The notes under the pieces are model-generated. The model was given only the letters and a program-made list of their open reading frames with translations, was not told where the DNA came from and did not search any database. Positions 9,632 to 20,755 of a stretch of 64,000 nt of DNA are shown in pieces; position 1 is the stretch's first letter; each line of letters opens with the position of its first letter. This DNA comes from Rubripirellula sp. GTDB taxonomy: Bacteria > Planctomycetota > Planctomycetia > Pirellulales > Pirellulaceae. The DNA is taken from positions 2,944,001 to 3,008,000 of the forward strand of contig OZ244207.1 in assembly GCA_965216875.1 (NCBI GenBank), written 5' to 3'. The position numbers and the translations under genes are program-made.

Positions 9632-10012
9632 GTGCGAAGAAATGACGGCCTTTTTGACCTGGCAGATTGGTTAACCGATGCCCCATCAGGTGGCCCCGTG
9701 CAAAAGTGGGGCGTCGGAATCGCGTTGGCAGCCATCACCGCACTGTATGGAGTTAGTTGCTGCCTGTCACAGCGTGCAACCTGGTTCAGTTCCAATCGGC
9801 ACGGCTACGGCAGTTGGCTTGTTGAACTGACCGGAGCAAGCGCCGTTTGCGTCGGGCTGTTGTTCATTTGCGTTGGACTCTTCATGCACTTCCAATGGTT
9901 CTGGGGAAGCCACGAAAAACTGCAACGCTATTTTGAAATCGGCAAATACGCGAGCGTCTGCGGGGTCGTCGCGAGTATGGCAGGCTACGTCGTCGTCGCA
10001 GTCCTTTACTAG
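9632..10012 (+). CDS. Small membrane hypothetical protein
   Basis: Three hydrophobic segments; fills gap between genes. Confidence 0.6.
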   Translation: MRRNDGLFDLADWLTDAPSGGPVQKWGVGIALAAITALYGVSCCLSQRATWFSSNRHGYGSWLVELTGASAVCVGLLFICVGLFMHFQWFWGSHEKLQRYFEIGKYASVCGVVASMAGYVVVAVLY

Positions 10013-10113
10013 GCCGCGTTTGTCGCGTTTGATCAAGCACGATCAAGGATGGTGCCGGATCTGTGTCGCTGTCGCTCCTTGATCCGGCCTACGCTGATCC
10101 GGCCCTACGCTAC
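10010..10113. repeat. REP-like cluster, GTAGGCCGGATCA family
   Basis: TGATCCGGCCTAC (10080-10092) and TGATCCGGCCCTAC (10095-10108) between convergent genes. Confidence 0.6.
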
Positions 10114-10652
10114 TGTGGCACTACGATTGGGATGGTTGGACGAATGATCTGGCCAGAGCTTGTTGGCGGTGGAGGCAGGAATCGCTCCGGGTTCGACACG
10201 CGAGTGCGCCGCGTAACGCGAGCATCATGCCGTGGGTTGTCAAGAAGAAACACGTACTCGTCGTAGACGATGGCTTGCGAATACAAAACGCAGTTCCAGG
10301 CCCAAACGATATCTCGATTCAACGTGTACTTGCCGAAAATCACTGACTCCACTCGAAACTGCAACGCCTGAATGTCAGCCCACTCTTTCCGCAAACGGCT
10401 CGCGTGTCTTGGATTGCGCGCGGCCAACCGCAATTGCCTAGTTGCTTGCTCGAATTCATTGACAAGCTTTTCGTCCATGCGCTGAATGCCACGCACCTTT
10501 TGAATCAGCTTTTCAAAGTAGATCACATGCTCACGATATTTCGTCGCAGCGGCGTACAGACCCGTCTGGTCAGTCCTCTGAGCTTGAGCTGATTGCGGTA
10601 GGGAAAGAAAGAAGGGAAGTGCGAACAGAAGAAGTGTGCGTTTGATCATCAT
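10110..10652 (-). CDS. Secreted hypothetical protein
   Basis: Signal peptide MMIKRTLLLFALPFFLSLPQSAQA; helical body; Pro-rich tail. Confidence 0.7.
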   Translation of the reverse strand: MMIKRTLLLFALPFFLSLPQSAQAQRTDQTGLYAAATKYREHVIYFEKLIQKVRGIQRMDEKLVNEFEQATRQLRLAARNPRHASRLRKEWADIQALQFRVESVIFGKYTLNRDIVWAWNCVLYSQAIVYDEYVFLLDNPRHDARVTRRTRVSNPERFLPPPPTSSGQIIRPTIPIVVPQ

Positions 10653-10869
10653 GACGATACCCGCGTGCGTAGAACCGATAACACTCGGTCTGTAGTGCAC
10701 CCAACGTACCAAAACGATGCTTGTTTTCGAAAACGGTGCGAGACATTCCACCATGCACCGGAAAACGCCGAGAACTGGCGTTCAAAAAAAGGAGTCGTAC
10801 GTCTTCTCGCGGATCACGATCGGCGAAAACCAAGCGGTTCACGGTCACCAATCTGAACACAGACTCGAA

Positions 10870-13800
10870 TCAGATTGAGTCCGTCTCGGGCTCCGGCTTG
10901 CTGAAACCAATCTGTTCGAGGAACCGTTGAAGCCTCTCGAGACGATGCATGTACGACAAATAGAAAACTGGGATAAGTAGCAAGACTAGGAAGGTTGCCA
11001 ACATCAGGCCAAAGGCCAGGCTGGCCGCCATTGGGATCATCAATTGCGCCTGGAAGGAACGCTCGGTCATCAGCGGGATCAATCCGGCAATCGTCGTCAT
11101 GCTTGTCAACATGATGGGTCGGAATCGCCGCTCGCCCGCCTCGAGCAATGCCGTTCGCACGGGCACGCCATCGCGAACACGAACGTTGATAAAGTCGATC
11201 AACACAATCGAGTCGTTGATCACAACACCCGACAAGGCCACCAACCCAAACATGCTGAACAGCGTCAGCGGTAGCCCCAAGAGTGCGTGTCCCCAAACGG
11301 CGCCGATCATCCCGAAGGGAACAATCGCAAGAATCAAGAGTGGCTGAACATAACTGCGAAACTGCAATACGAGCAGAACGAACATCGCGATGATTGCCAC
11401 GCCAAAACCGGCTGCGAGGCTACCGACCGATTCCTTGCTCTGCTCGCGTTGGCCTTCCCAGCGAACGGAAACGCCGGGGTACCACTCGGCAAGCCCCGCT
11501 TCGGCGATCAGCTTTTGCTCCTGCTCGGTCGGGTGCTCGGACGCAGTCAGTGCGGGAACAAAGCTCTTTTGAAGTTCTTGAATGATCAAGTCAGCGTTCG
11601 CTTGAGTCTCGTCCAAATCCGCCGTGATGGTGACCGACCGCATTTGATCGACGCGGTTGATCTCGGAAAAGCCGCGGTTCAACTGAATCTCAGCTAGCTC
11701 AGTGATCGGACGTTCGGTTCCATCGGCGGTTCGGACTTTGATTTCTCGAAAGTCAACGAGACTATTGCGTTCGTTCTCGGGATAGCGAACCATCAATTTG
11801 ACTTCATGACGTCCGCGTTGAAGGCGCATTACCTCAGCGCCAAAGTAGGAGTTGCGAACCGTCTGACCGAGTTCCTGTTCGGTCACTCCTGTCGAAAGAG
11901 CACTGTCCTTCACACGTAGTTGGAATTCCCATTTCCCAGGCGTGTTGTCGTCGGCTATGTCGAACACGCCCGAAAACTCACCAAGTCGTTTTTTGATCGC
12001 TTCGGTGGCTGCCAACAATTGATCGACGTTGTCACCTGTGGCGAGCAACTTGAATTCGATCGGTTTGCCACCTGGACCAACTCCGACGCTGCCGTAGGTG
12101 ACTCGCTCTGCGCCCGGAAACTCACCTGCCTCTTCTCGCCACATCGACAGAATCTTATCGCTGTGAATATCCCGAATCTCAGTATCAAACAACTCGGCGA
12201 AGATCTGTCCAACGTGACTTCCCGAATCGCCGCCGCCAGCCGGGTTTTGCAGGTCGGACTGAGTGCCCACGTCGCGATAGGTCAAACGCACAGGTCCTTG
12301 AACTTTGTCGCTCTCATAGGGATAGATCGACTCGATTGATTGGCCTGTACGCTCGGCCCGTTCTTGTCCAATCTGGCGACTGACAACGCGAAGCGCCTCT
12401 TCCATCTTTCGCGTCGCCGCGTTGGTGGTCGCTGCGGGAGTGCCATCAGGGAAGGTGATCGTCGCTTGCAGGTTGTTGTTGTCAGATTTTGGGAACAGGA
12501 TCGAGGGCACAACCCCGCCACGGATCATGCCTGCTGTGATTGCAAACATTGCGATCGCCGCAGCAATGGGAACCGCGCGATGCTTGAGGCTGAAACGAAG
12601 TGCAGGGAGGTATAGGTTCTGGCAACACCATTGCAACACGAGCCCCGACCGAGCACTCAAGTACTGGAGTGCGATTCCAATCGGTCGAAATGGGTACAGG
12701 ATGATCGACGCAAACTTAAAGAAGCCAGTGTGCTTATGAGCCAAGTGGCAAGGCAAAACGAAGATGCTTTCCCAAAGCGAAATCACCAACATCGCGATCA
12801 CCGCAAACGGGATCACCGCCATGAACTTGCCCATCACACCCGATACGAAAAACATTGGTGCGAAAGCAATCACGGTGGTCGTCACGGAGGCGGTCACACT
12901 CGGCACCACCTCGACGGTCCCGTCAATTGCCGCTTGAACGAGCGGCTTGTCCATTTGAATGTGTGCATAGATGTTCTCGCCAATCACGATCGCATCGTCG
13001 ACCACAATCCCGAGCGCGACGAGGAACGAAAAGAGGCTGAGCATGTTGAGCGTTTGATCGCCCCACGCAAGTGCTGCACCCGCACCGAGAATCGAGATCG
13101 GAATCCCGAGTGCCACCCAAAACGCGAGCCGCATTTCGAGGAACAGTGTCAGCACCAAAAAGACAAGGATCAACCCTTGGAACCCGTTGCGTAGCAGCAG
13201 GGACAAGCGGCCCCGAACTTCGGTACTGCTGTCGCCCCAAATCACGAACCGATAGCCGGGAGGCAGTTCCTTTTGGTCGACATACTCGCGCACCATATCG
13301 ACCAGAGCCAGCAGGTCCTCCTGCTTAGTACGTTCCACATTGACGACCATCGCCGGCTCGCCATTGATCTCGGACACAGCCGTGACATCTTGAAACTCGT
13401 CGCGAACCTTGCCGAGATCATTCACAGTCAACACGACGCCACCGGGCTGGGTCACGAGCGGCAGGTTACCGATTTCTTCACCAATGCGACCTTTGTTCTT
13501 TGCCCTCAGTAACACCTCTTGGCCTTCGGACTTGAGTTGCCCACCTGGCAATTCAATGTTTCGCGAACGAATGATGGCCGCGACTTGGTCGAGTGAAAGC
13601 CCGTAGCTGCGGAGCGTGTTTTCGGGAATCTCGACGTCGATCTGGTAGGGCCGCGTTCCCATGATCGAAGCGGATGAAACCGCCGACAACATAAGCACAT
13701 CGTCGCGAATCTCCTCAGCAACCTCGCGCAACTTGATTTCCGCTTCGCGCGACCGTTCGTTTGGCCCGACGATTCCGATTCGAATCGCCGCTTCGCGGAA

Positions 13801-14199
13801 GGTGATCTGTTGAATCTGCGGGTCTTCGGCGAGGTCAGGGAAACTGGGGATTCGATCGATTTCTCGGTCGATTTCGGACATCACCTTTTGAACGTCGGCA
13901 ACGTCCGCGCGCAATTCCGCGATCACGAACCCCGAACCTTCCTGTGCCACCGCGGTCACTTTCTTGATCCCATCGATCGAGCGAATCGCTTCCTCGATCT
14001 TCTGGCAGATCGCTTCTTCGGTGTCTTTCGGTGTGGCACCCGGATACGGCACCGTCACCAACACGATTTCGAGCTCGAATGCTGGAAACACTTCACGGCG
14101 CATGAATCCGAGACACGTCGCACCGATCAACATCAGTGCGAGCATCAGAACGTTCATCCCTGGGGCGTTTGTAATCGCCCAAGCAACAACCCGCTTCAT
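10870..14199 (-). CDS. RND efflux transporter permease (AcrB/AcrD/AcrF family)
   Basis: 1109 aa; GIVVDDAIVIGEN, GVVINDSIVLID and RFRPIMLTSMTT motifs. Confidence 0.95.
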   Translation of the reverse strand: MKRVVAWAITNAPGMNVLMLALMLIGATCLGFMRREVFPAFELEIVLVTVPYPGATPKDTEEAICQKIEEAIRSIDGIKKVTAVAQEGSGFVIAELRADVADVQKVMSEIDREIDRIPSFPDLAEDPQIQQITFREAAIRIGIVGPNERSREAEIKLREVAEEIRDDVLMLSAVSSASIMGTRPYQIDVEIPENTLRSYGLSLDQVAAIIRSRNIELPGGQLKSEGQEVLLRAKNKGRIGEEIGNLPLVTQPGGVVLTVNDLGKVRDEFQDVTAVSEINGEPAMVVNVERTKQEDLLALVDMVREYVDQKELPPGYRFVIWGDSSTEVRGRLSLLLRNGFQGLILVFLVLTLFLEMRLAFWVALGIPISILGAGAALAWGDQTLNMLSLFSFLVALGIVVDDAIVIGENIYAHIQMDKPLVQAAIDGTVEVVPSVTASVTTTVIAFAPMFFVSGVMGKFMAVIPFAVIAMLVISLWESIFVLPCHLAHKHTGFFKFASIILYPFRPIGIALQYLSARSGLVLQWCCQNLYLPALRFSLKHRAVPIAAAIAMFAITAGMIRGGVVPSILFPKSDNNNLQATITFPDGTPAATTNAATRKMEEALRVVSRQIGQERAERTGQSIESIYPYESDKVQGPVRLTYRDVGTQSDLQNPAGGGDSGSHVGQIFAELFDTEIRDIHSDKILSMWREEAGEFPGAERVTYGSVGVGPGGKPIEFKLLATGDNVDQLLAATEAIKKRLGEFSGVFDIADDNTPGKWEFQLRVKDSALSTGVTEQELGQTVRNSYFGAEVMRLQRGRHEVKLMVRYPENERNSLVDFREIKVRTADGTERPITELAEIQLNRGFSEINRVDQMRSVTITADLDETQANADLIIQELQKSFVPALTASEHPTEQEQKLIAEAGLAEWYPGVSVRWEGQREQSKESVGSLAAGFGVAIIAMFVLLVLQFRSYVQPLLILAIVPFGMIGAVWGHALLGLPLTLFSMFGLVALSGVVINDSIVLIDFINVRVRDGVPVRTALLEAGERRFRPIMLTSMTTIAGLIPLMTERSFQAQLMIPMAASLAFGLMLATFLVLLLIPVFYLSYMHRLERLQRFLEQIGFSKPEPETDSI

Positions 14200-15950
14200 T
14201 CGTTCGACTCCTCGTCCGAGGCAGGTTGCTTGCCGGTGATATCTTGAGCACTTGCGCGTGCCGCCGTTCCATTGCTGTCGACATAACCGAGCGGCGAAAC
14301 AACAACGAACGAACCGGCTTGAAGATCATCACCGCGAACCTCACAAACCCACATCCGACTCTTGTCGTTGTCACGGTTCCGGAAGCGATCAACGATCTCG
14401 TGTGACTTTGTATCGAGCCACAGCGAATCGACCGGAGTGATCCCCGGTTTGACCATAACCTTGCCCGCTGCCCAATCGCCGGGATTAAAGTCGTCGACCG
14501 TCACTTCCTCGGTCTCACCGTCTTGTGGAGTGTTTTCGACAGTCTCGGATGCTGCTTTGATCTTTTCCATTTCCTCTGGATCAACGTCCAAGACTGACTC
14601 GTCAGCATCGAACCGCCAAACGCGATTCCCCGGCTTGAGGGCTTCGGACGGTATGACGACAAGCGGGGTCTGGGGTTTGATCAACAGTTTGACCCGCACG
14701 AACATTCCTCGTACCAACGCCGTTGGTCCAGCAGTCGATTGCAGTTGATTGTTTTGATCGAGGTACTGTCGAGGATTGTCAACCAGAACTCGAACCGGCA
14801 CGGTCCGCGTGTTCGGGTCCAAACCGATCCCGTCATAGCTCAAGAGTCTGCCCTGCCAGCGATAGATCAGATCGTCGCGGCCAGCGACCTGGTATTCGAT
14901 AATCGCTTGCGTTTCTGGCAGGTCGTAACCGCGTGAGGTGTCGTCGCTGCGAGCCCGCTCTTGATCCAACACCCAGTGGAGTTGGTCCATACGAAGGTTC
15001 GTCGACACCTCCACTTTGGACGTGTCTTCCATCACCACCATGGTGCTGCCGCGAGCAACGAACGAATTCAACTCGGCTTCTTCGGCAACGATGACGCCGT
15101 CGATCGGTGCTTTGATCTCACATCGCGCGAGGTTCGCTTCGGCCTGGGCAAGCTGAGTCTTGGCTAGCTTCTCGGAAGCTTCCAGACGCACGCGTCGCTT
15201 CTTCAGCAGGCTCAGGCTGTTTTCCGAGGTCACCAGCTGTTGCCGGGATTGCAACAATGCCCGCTCGGCTTGGTCGATTTCACCTCGGCTCGCGAATCCT
15301 TCAGGCAAACTCTTTTGTCGCAGCACTTCTTTTTCCTGAAGCGCGACGTCTTGCTTCGCAACATCGATCAATCGTTGCGAGTTGGCCATCTCCTGATCAA
15401 CTTCCTGCAGCGCCTGGTATTCCTGCTCCTGCAATCGACTCAGACGATCGACTTCGAGTTTGTAATCAGTCTCGTCAATCTTCATCAGCAGCTCGCCCGT
15501 TTTGACGTAGCTACCCGCCTCGCAAACCGAGGACTTCTCGACGATCCGCCCGGCCACTTCGGCGGCGATTCTCGTCTCGCGGAAAGGGACCACGCTACCG
15601 TCAACGCGAAGCTGCAACTCTTGTCCGGTTCCTTCGAGCGAAAGCACTTTTTGTACTCTCACCGCTGGCAGCGCTCGCAGTCGACCATCGCGACTCATGT
15701 CCGCAGGTGGTCGCTGGTCTGGTTGCACTTTCCCAAAGGCAAGGATCGCGAGACCGCCAACACAGAGCAGTGCGATCGGTATCAGAACATTGAAATAGAG
15801 ATTCCGCATCCGATCGTTTTCGGAGAGCTTTCCAACGACGGATTCGGCATCGCGAATCTTGAAGTTCTCGGCCGACGTAGCGCCTTCGTATTCGTACGAT
15901 GACGAGTCATCTTCGACCAAGGAATCGGGCTGAGTAGGCAGTTCAGGCAT
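14196..15950 (-). CDS. RND periplasmic adaptor (membrane fusion protein)
   Basis: One TM; IAAEVAGRI and IKAPIDGVI lipoyl half-motifs around coiled coil; TRTVPVRV; start chosen at ATG 15950. Confidence 0.9.
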   Translation of the reverse strand: MPELPTQPDSLVEDDSSSYEYEGATSAENFKIRDAESVVGKLSENDRMRNLYFNVLIPIALLCVGGLAILAFGKVQPDQRPPADMSRDGRLRALPAVRVQKVLSLEGTGQELQLRVDGSVVPFRETRIAAEVAGRIVEKSSVCEAGSYVKTGELLMKIDETDYKLEVDRLSRLQEQEYQALQEVDQEMANSQRLIDVAKQDVALQEKEVLRQKSLPEGFASRGEIDQAERALLQSRQQLVTSENSLSLLKKRRVRLEASEKLAKTQLAQAEANLARCEIKAPIDGVIVAEEAELNSFVARGSTMVVMEDTSKVEVSTNLRMDQLHWVLDQERARSDDTSRGYDLPETQAIIEYQVAGRDDLIYRWQGRLLSYDGIGLDPNTRTVPVRVLVDNPRQYLDQNNQLQSTAGPTALVRGMFVRVKLLIKPQTPLVVIPSEALKPGNRVWRFDADESVLDVDPEEMEKIKAASETVENTPQDGETEEVTVDDFNPGDWAAGKVMVKPGITPVDSLWLDTKSHEIVDRFRNRDNDKSRMWVCEVRGDDLQAGSFVVVSPLGYVDSNGTAARASAQDITGKQPASDEESNE

Positions 15951-15966
15951 GAAACCTATCGTCCTA

Positions 15967-16704
15967 TTATGGTTGTCCCAAATGGGATTCGTTCGAATGT
16001 TCGGAGTTGCCGATTGCGACCGCTTCAAGGCGTTGCTGCAAATCGGCTTGCACCTGCGAGAGTGTTCGATCACATGTCGACGCGATCGTGACCGAAGTGA
16101 TGTGCAAACTTAGTGAGTCGATATCGAAATGCTGCTGTCGAGTCGCTTTGGGGATCAAGATCTGAACCACGCCGTCGCCGAAGCGATAGTAAACGCATTG
16201 GCCAACGACGCTCAGGGCGAGTTGATCGACCTGATGATCGGCCGCCTCTGCGCCCAGCAATCGACGGGTCGTACGAGTCAAGGTGTTGTAGAGCGGACGG
16301 AAAAAGTTCTTAACAATGCTTTCGAACACCGGCGTCGGTTGTTGGCACTCTCGCATCAACAATTGCGATTCCCAACCTGATGAGTCGCCGGCAAGCATCC
16401 GCGACAACATCGTGTTGACGAGCCGATACATCATTACCTCGACGTCAACGTCCTCGTCAGCGGGTGCGGGGAATCGACGCTCACGCGATTGACGGATCGC
16501 TTCAATCACTTCACGGTACAGCCCCATCTTGTCGCCAAAGTAGTAGGCGACCGAGGCAACGTTGACGCCCGCGGCCGAGCAGATTTCTCGGACCGTGGCC
16601 CGATCGAAGCCCTGCTCAGCAAAAACGGGCCCCGCCGCAGCGAGAAGCCGCGCAGGCACATCCCCCTCGGCGGAGGCATGCTCGGCAGATTTGCCTTGAG
16701 CCAA
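15967..16704 (-). CDS. TetR/CecR-family transcriptional regulator
   Basis: RLLAAAGPVFAEQGFDRATVREICSAAGVNVASVAYYFGDKMGLY HTH; SVVGQCVYY C-terminal motif. Confidence 0.9.
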   Translation of the reverse strand: MAQGKSAEHASAEGDVPARLLAAAGPVFAEQGFDRATVREICSAAGVNVASVAYYFGDKMGLYREVIEAIRQSRERRFPAPADEDVDVEVMMYRLVNTMLSRMLAGDSSGWESQLLMRECQQPTPVFESIVKNFFRPLYNTLTRTTRRLLGAEAADHQVDQLALSVVGQCVYYRFGDGVVQILIPKATRQQHFDIDSLSLHITSVTIASTCDRTLSQVQADLQQRLEAVAIGNSEHSNESHLGQP

Positions 16705-16728
16705 AACAAGATCCTGAGAAAAGCGACA

Positions 16729-16759
16729 TTAAAACAACTGTTTTAAACGATTGTTTGAA
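16729..16759. promoter_or_regulatory. Putative tandem TetR operator
   Basis: TTAAAACA-ac-TGTTTTAA (16729-16746) overlapped by imperfect TTTAAACG-at-TGTTTGAA (16742-16759), 25 bp upstream of the regulator. Confidence 0.65.
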
Positions 16760-16867
16760 CCTCGAAAAAGTCAATGGGTTCCGAGCTCGAGTCACAGAAA
16801 CTTCTCGTAAATCGACGCGAAATCTAGGCAACCGGCGGTGTGGCGAAACGTTTTCGCTCTCCGGGCC

Positions 16868-16987
16868 GTGGGGTGTGTGCTTGCTCGCACCGAATCCCAA
16901 AAGCTGTGCGATTCAGTGGTGGTGCGTGCAAGCACACACCCTACGATGCGCAGATATACAGGTGGTGCGTGCGAGCACACACCCTAC
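16868..16987. repeat. Three REP-like units, GTAGGGTGTGTGCTTGCACGCACC family
   Basis: 16868-16891 (+), 16921-16944 (-), 16964-16987 (-); fourth copy at 22051-22074. Confidence 0.85.
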
Positions 16988-17015
16988 GGATCGAGCATCA
17001 GCTAGAATGGCTGCC

Positions 17016-20000
17016 ATGAAACCCACCTGCCTAGTGATCACTCTGATCCTGCTCTCTACAAACGCCCTAGCCTCCGATGGGCAAACTGTCGCCACCTGGA
17101 ACTTTGGTGCCGAGGAACCGACGCTGCTGAAGCTGCACGGAAACGTCCAGCGAGACCAAATCGGTCCGCGGCCGCCGGAGTTCCCGGACTTTGCTGACGA
17201 CAATACCGCGATCACATTCAACGCCAAGGGATACTTGAGTTTTTCGGACCCGGGCCAATCAAGCGATTTTGATTTTGCCAATGGCGATGAAATCACTCTC
17301 GAAGCTTGGGTCAACGTCCAATCAACGGGCAACACCAGTCCGATGTACGTCATTGGAAAGGGACGCACGGGGGCGAAGGGCTTTGCCCGTGACAACCAGA
17401 ATTGGGCGATGCGCGTGGTGATGCAAAAGGAAACGGCGAAGGTCAGTTTCTTGTTCGCGACACCGGTTGGATCTGGAGGTGGCGGTTCGCACTGGCATCG
17501 TTGGACCAGCGCGGCGGGTTTTCACACGGCGACGGGTTGGCATCACATCGCGGTCGCCTATCGCTTCGGTGATCCAAAGTCGGTTCGTGGGTGGATCGAC
17601 GGGCAACCGACCGAAGGCGACTGGGACATGGGTGGCGCCACCAAAGCCGCGCCGGTGGTTGATGACGATGCGATTTGGATTGGATCTTCACAGGGTGGAA
17701 GCTCAGGCAACAGTTTCCGCGGTTCGATCGATGCCGTCGCCATCCATCGATCCCTGCTTAGCTCTGACGTCATCGCCTCACGATTCAATCGAGTCGGTGG
17801 ACCTCGCGTGGTTGCTCCCAAACCCGAAGTGATGCCTGAAATGGAAGTGCCACCAGGCACTGTCTTGCTGACGTTCTCGGAAGGACTAGCCAGCAATGCG
17901 AGATGGCTCCGAGAAGGTGAAGCTGATCCCGTCGAACGAGACCGCTTGATCGGCGATCAGTTTCTACTTTCACGTGTCCCGATCGCTTATGACGATTGGG
18001 GCATTCGCCGCGCATGGAAGTCACCGCTGCATGTCGCAATGGCTTCGGATGTTGCACTTCCCCCAGGCAAGCACCGTGTCTTGATTCGCGCTCGGTCGTT
18101 GGGGCGCCTTTGGGTCGACGGCAAAGTGATCGCACGAACGATCAAGAACCCTCACAAGCGATCCAACCTGGAACCGATCGTGCCAATCGCCGCGCCGCCC
18201 GCACCGGGTGGTCGTCCCGTCGCCTTCCCACAGCAAGAAGTGATTTCAGAACTCGAAGTCTCCGGTCCCGCAGAATCACATCGCGTCGTCTTCGAGTTTG
18301 TTGTTGGCGGCAAGGATTACCGAACTGAAACGGGTGAAGTCGTCGTTGCAATCCAATACGACTCAGCCGGTCCGTTCTTCGTTCTGCAAGGCGAGCACCA
18401 AAACGCTTCGCCCTTGCCCTTGACCGATGCGGCAATCGAACCGGTCCTCTCTCGGCTCTCACATGCGATCGATCGGCACGACACCGACCATCGCCGACGG
18501 TTGGCTTCGTCGCAGGATCAATTCTGGCAGCGTCGACATGAACTTGCGCGAGAGCATCTTCGCGCCGACCAATCCGATGGGCAGGGGCCAACGAGCATCG
18601 ATGGCTATATCGATGCGAAGATCGAATCGGCGGTGACGAGGCTTCAATCTGACGATCTCGACGCCGCCCGAGACTTCCACGCCACCGTGCTGCCACTTTT
18701 GCGTGAAAAGTGTTTTCGTTGCCACGGAGAAAAAGAGCAGGGCGGTCTACGGCTCAACTCACGTGAAGCCGCATTGCAGAAAGGCGAATCGGACGAGTTT
18801 GCCGTGGTTCCCGGTGACCCCGAAGCCAGTGAATTGATGGTCCGCGTGTTAAGTGGCGACATGCCGCCGTCAGATGAGATGTTGACCAAGCAAGAGACCG
18901 ACCTGCTTGCGAAATGGATCAAAGCAGGCGCCGAATGGCCAGATCCCCCGATCGATCCCGAAACCATTCGCCTGTCGGACTCCATTTCGGACGCACAATT
19001 CATTCGCCGCGTCTACCTCGACACCGTTGGTTTGCCACCGCAGCAAGCAACCGTCGTTCGCTTCCTGAGTGACAGTGATCCTCGAAAGCGACAACAACTC
19101 GTTGATCGCATGTTGGATGACCCGCGGCTCGCCGATCATTGGGTCAGCTTTTGGATGGATCTGTTGGCCGAGAATCCAACGTTGCTCAATCCCTCGCTCA
19201 ACAGCACGGGTCCCTTCCGCTGGTTCTTGCACGATGCCCTTTCTGACGGCAAGAGTCTCGACCGAATGGTGACCGAATTGATCCAGATGCGTGGCAGTGC
19301 AGCCGACGGCGGCAGCGCAGGATTCGGATTGGCCGCGGAAAACGATTCGCCGATGGCAGCCAAAAGTCACATCCTTGCCGCAGGCCTGTTGGGAATCGAA
19401 CTACAGTGCGCTCGCTGTCACGACTCGCCCTATCACAGCACGACACAAGAGGAACTCTACTCGCTTGCTGCGATGTTGGAACGCAAACAGCTCGCGCCGC
19501 CCAAGACGAGTCGCGTTCCCGATGCGTTTTTTGAAAACCAAACACGCGAATCGTTGATTCAAGTCACTCTCAAACCGGACCAGCAAGTCGGTCCGGCTTG
19601 GCCCTTTGAACGGTTCACGGGTGTTGCTGATACCGACAAGGTTGATCAGCTGATGAGGACGCCTGATGATTCTCGTGAGCGTCTCGCCGCATTGATCACA
19701 TCGCCTGAAAACGATCGTTTTCCGCAAGTGATGGTCAACCATCTTTGGGAGCGTCTGGTGGGAGCAGGTATCGTCGAGCCAGTGCATGACTGGGAAGGGC
19801 AGTCTGCCAGCCACCCGAAGCTGCTCGCCTGGCTTGCCGATGAACTCGTCCGCAACGACTACGACGCCCGACACGTGATGCGTCTGATCATGAACTCAGC
19901 CGTCTATCAGCGGGCTGGAAAGGGAAACAATCTCGCCGCGTCACCTCAGCAACGATTTTTTGCCGCGCCTGATCCGCGACGTTTGACTGCCGAGCAGGTG

Positions 20001-20699
20001 GTCGACTCACTTCACACGGCCACCAGCACATCGATCGACAGCGAGGAATTGACGTTCGTGCACGACGGCGTGCATCCGATGAATCGTCGATTGACTCTCG
20101 GCGTTCCACGTCGTGCCTGGATGTTTGCGAGCCTGAACAATGAACGCGACCGTCCTAGCCTGTCGCTGCCGCGTGCCCAGGCGGTGGTCGATGTGTTGGA
20201 AGCGTTTGGATGGAACGGTTCAAGGCAAAAGCCGATCGCCAAGCGCGAGTCTGATCCGAATGTATTGCAGCCTGGAATCCTGGCCAACGGCGACCTGACC
20301 ATGCGATTGACGCGAGCTTCACAAAACAGCGTGCTCGCCCAGCTTGCGCTGGATGCCAAGTCGCCCAACGATCTCGTGGAAGCCCTCTTCTTGAGGTTCC
20401 TGTCGCGATATCCGACCGCCACTGAGGCGAAAGAGCTTGTCGGTGAGCTTGCGCCAGGTTTCGAACACCGCCGCGTCGCCGAAGACAAGGTCCAGTGGGC
20501 TCGACCCGATGCACCATTGCCACAGGTGACTTGGACCAATCATCTGTTGCCCGAGGCGAACGAGATTCAGCTCGAAGTTCAACGACGAGTTCGACGAGGA
20601 CCACCCGCCGATCCTCGAATCAACCCCGACTGGCGAGAAGCTTATGAAGACGCCGTATGGAGTCTCGTAAATTCTCGCGAGTTCGCATGGATGCCTTAA
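17016..20699 (+). CDS. LamG + planctomycete cytochrome c + DUF1549/DUF1553 (PSD1) protein
   Basis: Signal peptide; ITLEAWV...WHHIAV LamG; CFRCHG and CARCHD heme motifs; [11 protein letters not shown]. Confidence 0.88.
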   Translation: MKPTCLVITLILLSTNALASDGQTVATWNFGAEEPTLLKLHGNVQRDQIGPRPPEFPDFADDNTAITFNAKGYLSFSDPGQSSDFDFANGDEITLEAWVNVQSTGNTSPMYVIGKGRTGAKGFARDNQNWAMRVVMQKETAKVSFLFATPVGSGGGGSHWHRWTSAAGFHTATGWHHIAVAYRFGDPKSVRGWIDGQPTEGDWDMGGATKAAPVVDDDAIWIGSSQGGSSGNSFRGSIDAVAIHRSLLSSDVIASRFNRVGGPRVVAPKPEVMPEMEVPPGTVLLTFSEGLASNARWLREGEADPVERDRLIGDQFLLSRVPIAYDDWGIRRAWKSPLHVAMASDVALPPGKHRVLIRARSLGRLWVDGKVIARTIKNPHKRSNLEPIVPIAAPPAPGGRPVAFPQQEVISELEVSGPAESHRVVFEFVVGGKDYRTETGEVVVAIQYDSAGPFFVLQGEHQNASPLPLTDAAIEPVLSRLSHAIDRHDTDHRRRLASSQDQFWQRRHELAREHLRADQSDGQGPTSIDGYIDAKIESAVTRLQSDDLDAARDFHATVLPLLREKCFRCHGEKEQGGLRLNSREAALQKGESDEFAVVPGDPEASELMVRVLSGDMPPSDEMLTKQETDLLAKWIKAGAEWPDPPIDPETIRLSDSISDAQFIRRVYLDTVGLPPQQATVVRFLSDSDPRKRQQLVDRMLDDPRLADHWVSFWMDLLAENPTLLNPSLNSTGPFRWFLHDALSDGKSLDRMVTELIQMRGSAADGGSAGFGLAAENDSPMAAKSHILAAGLLGIELQCARCHDSPYHSTTQEELYSLAAMLERKQLAPPKTSRVPDAFFENQTRESLIQVTLKPDQQVGPAWPFERFTGVADTDKVDQLMRTPDDSRERLAALITSPENDRFPQVMVNHLWERLVGAGIVEPVHDWEGQSASHPKLLAWLADELVRNDYDARHVMRLIMNSAVYQRAGKGNNLAASPQQRFFAAPDPRRLTAEQVVDSLHTATSTSIDSEELTFVHDGVHPMNRRLTLGVPRRAWMFASLNNERDRPSLSLPRAQAVVDVLEAFGWNGSRQKPIAKRESDPNVLQPGILANGDLTMRLTRASQNSVLAQLALDAKSPNDLVEALFLRFLSRYPTATEAKELVGELAPGFEHRRVAEDKVQWARPDAPLPQVTWTNHLLPEANEIQLEVQRRVRRGPPADPRINPDWREAYEDAVWSLVNSREFAWMP

Positions 20700-20755
20700 T
20701 CCGATCTCTGCAAATACCATCCCTCCAAAATCATCCCACCTTCCGAAAACGTTCG

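Noticed and set aside
16755..17015. Long N-terminal extensions in the ORF track (also from 741, 16073, 42927, 43930, 50468, 63830)
   Set aside because: They run through REPs or neighbouring genes; downstream ATGs give signal peptides, RBSs or family-typical starts.
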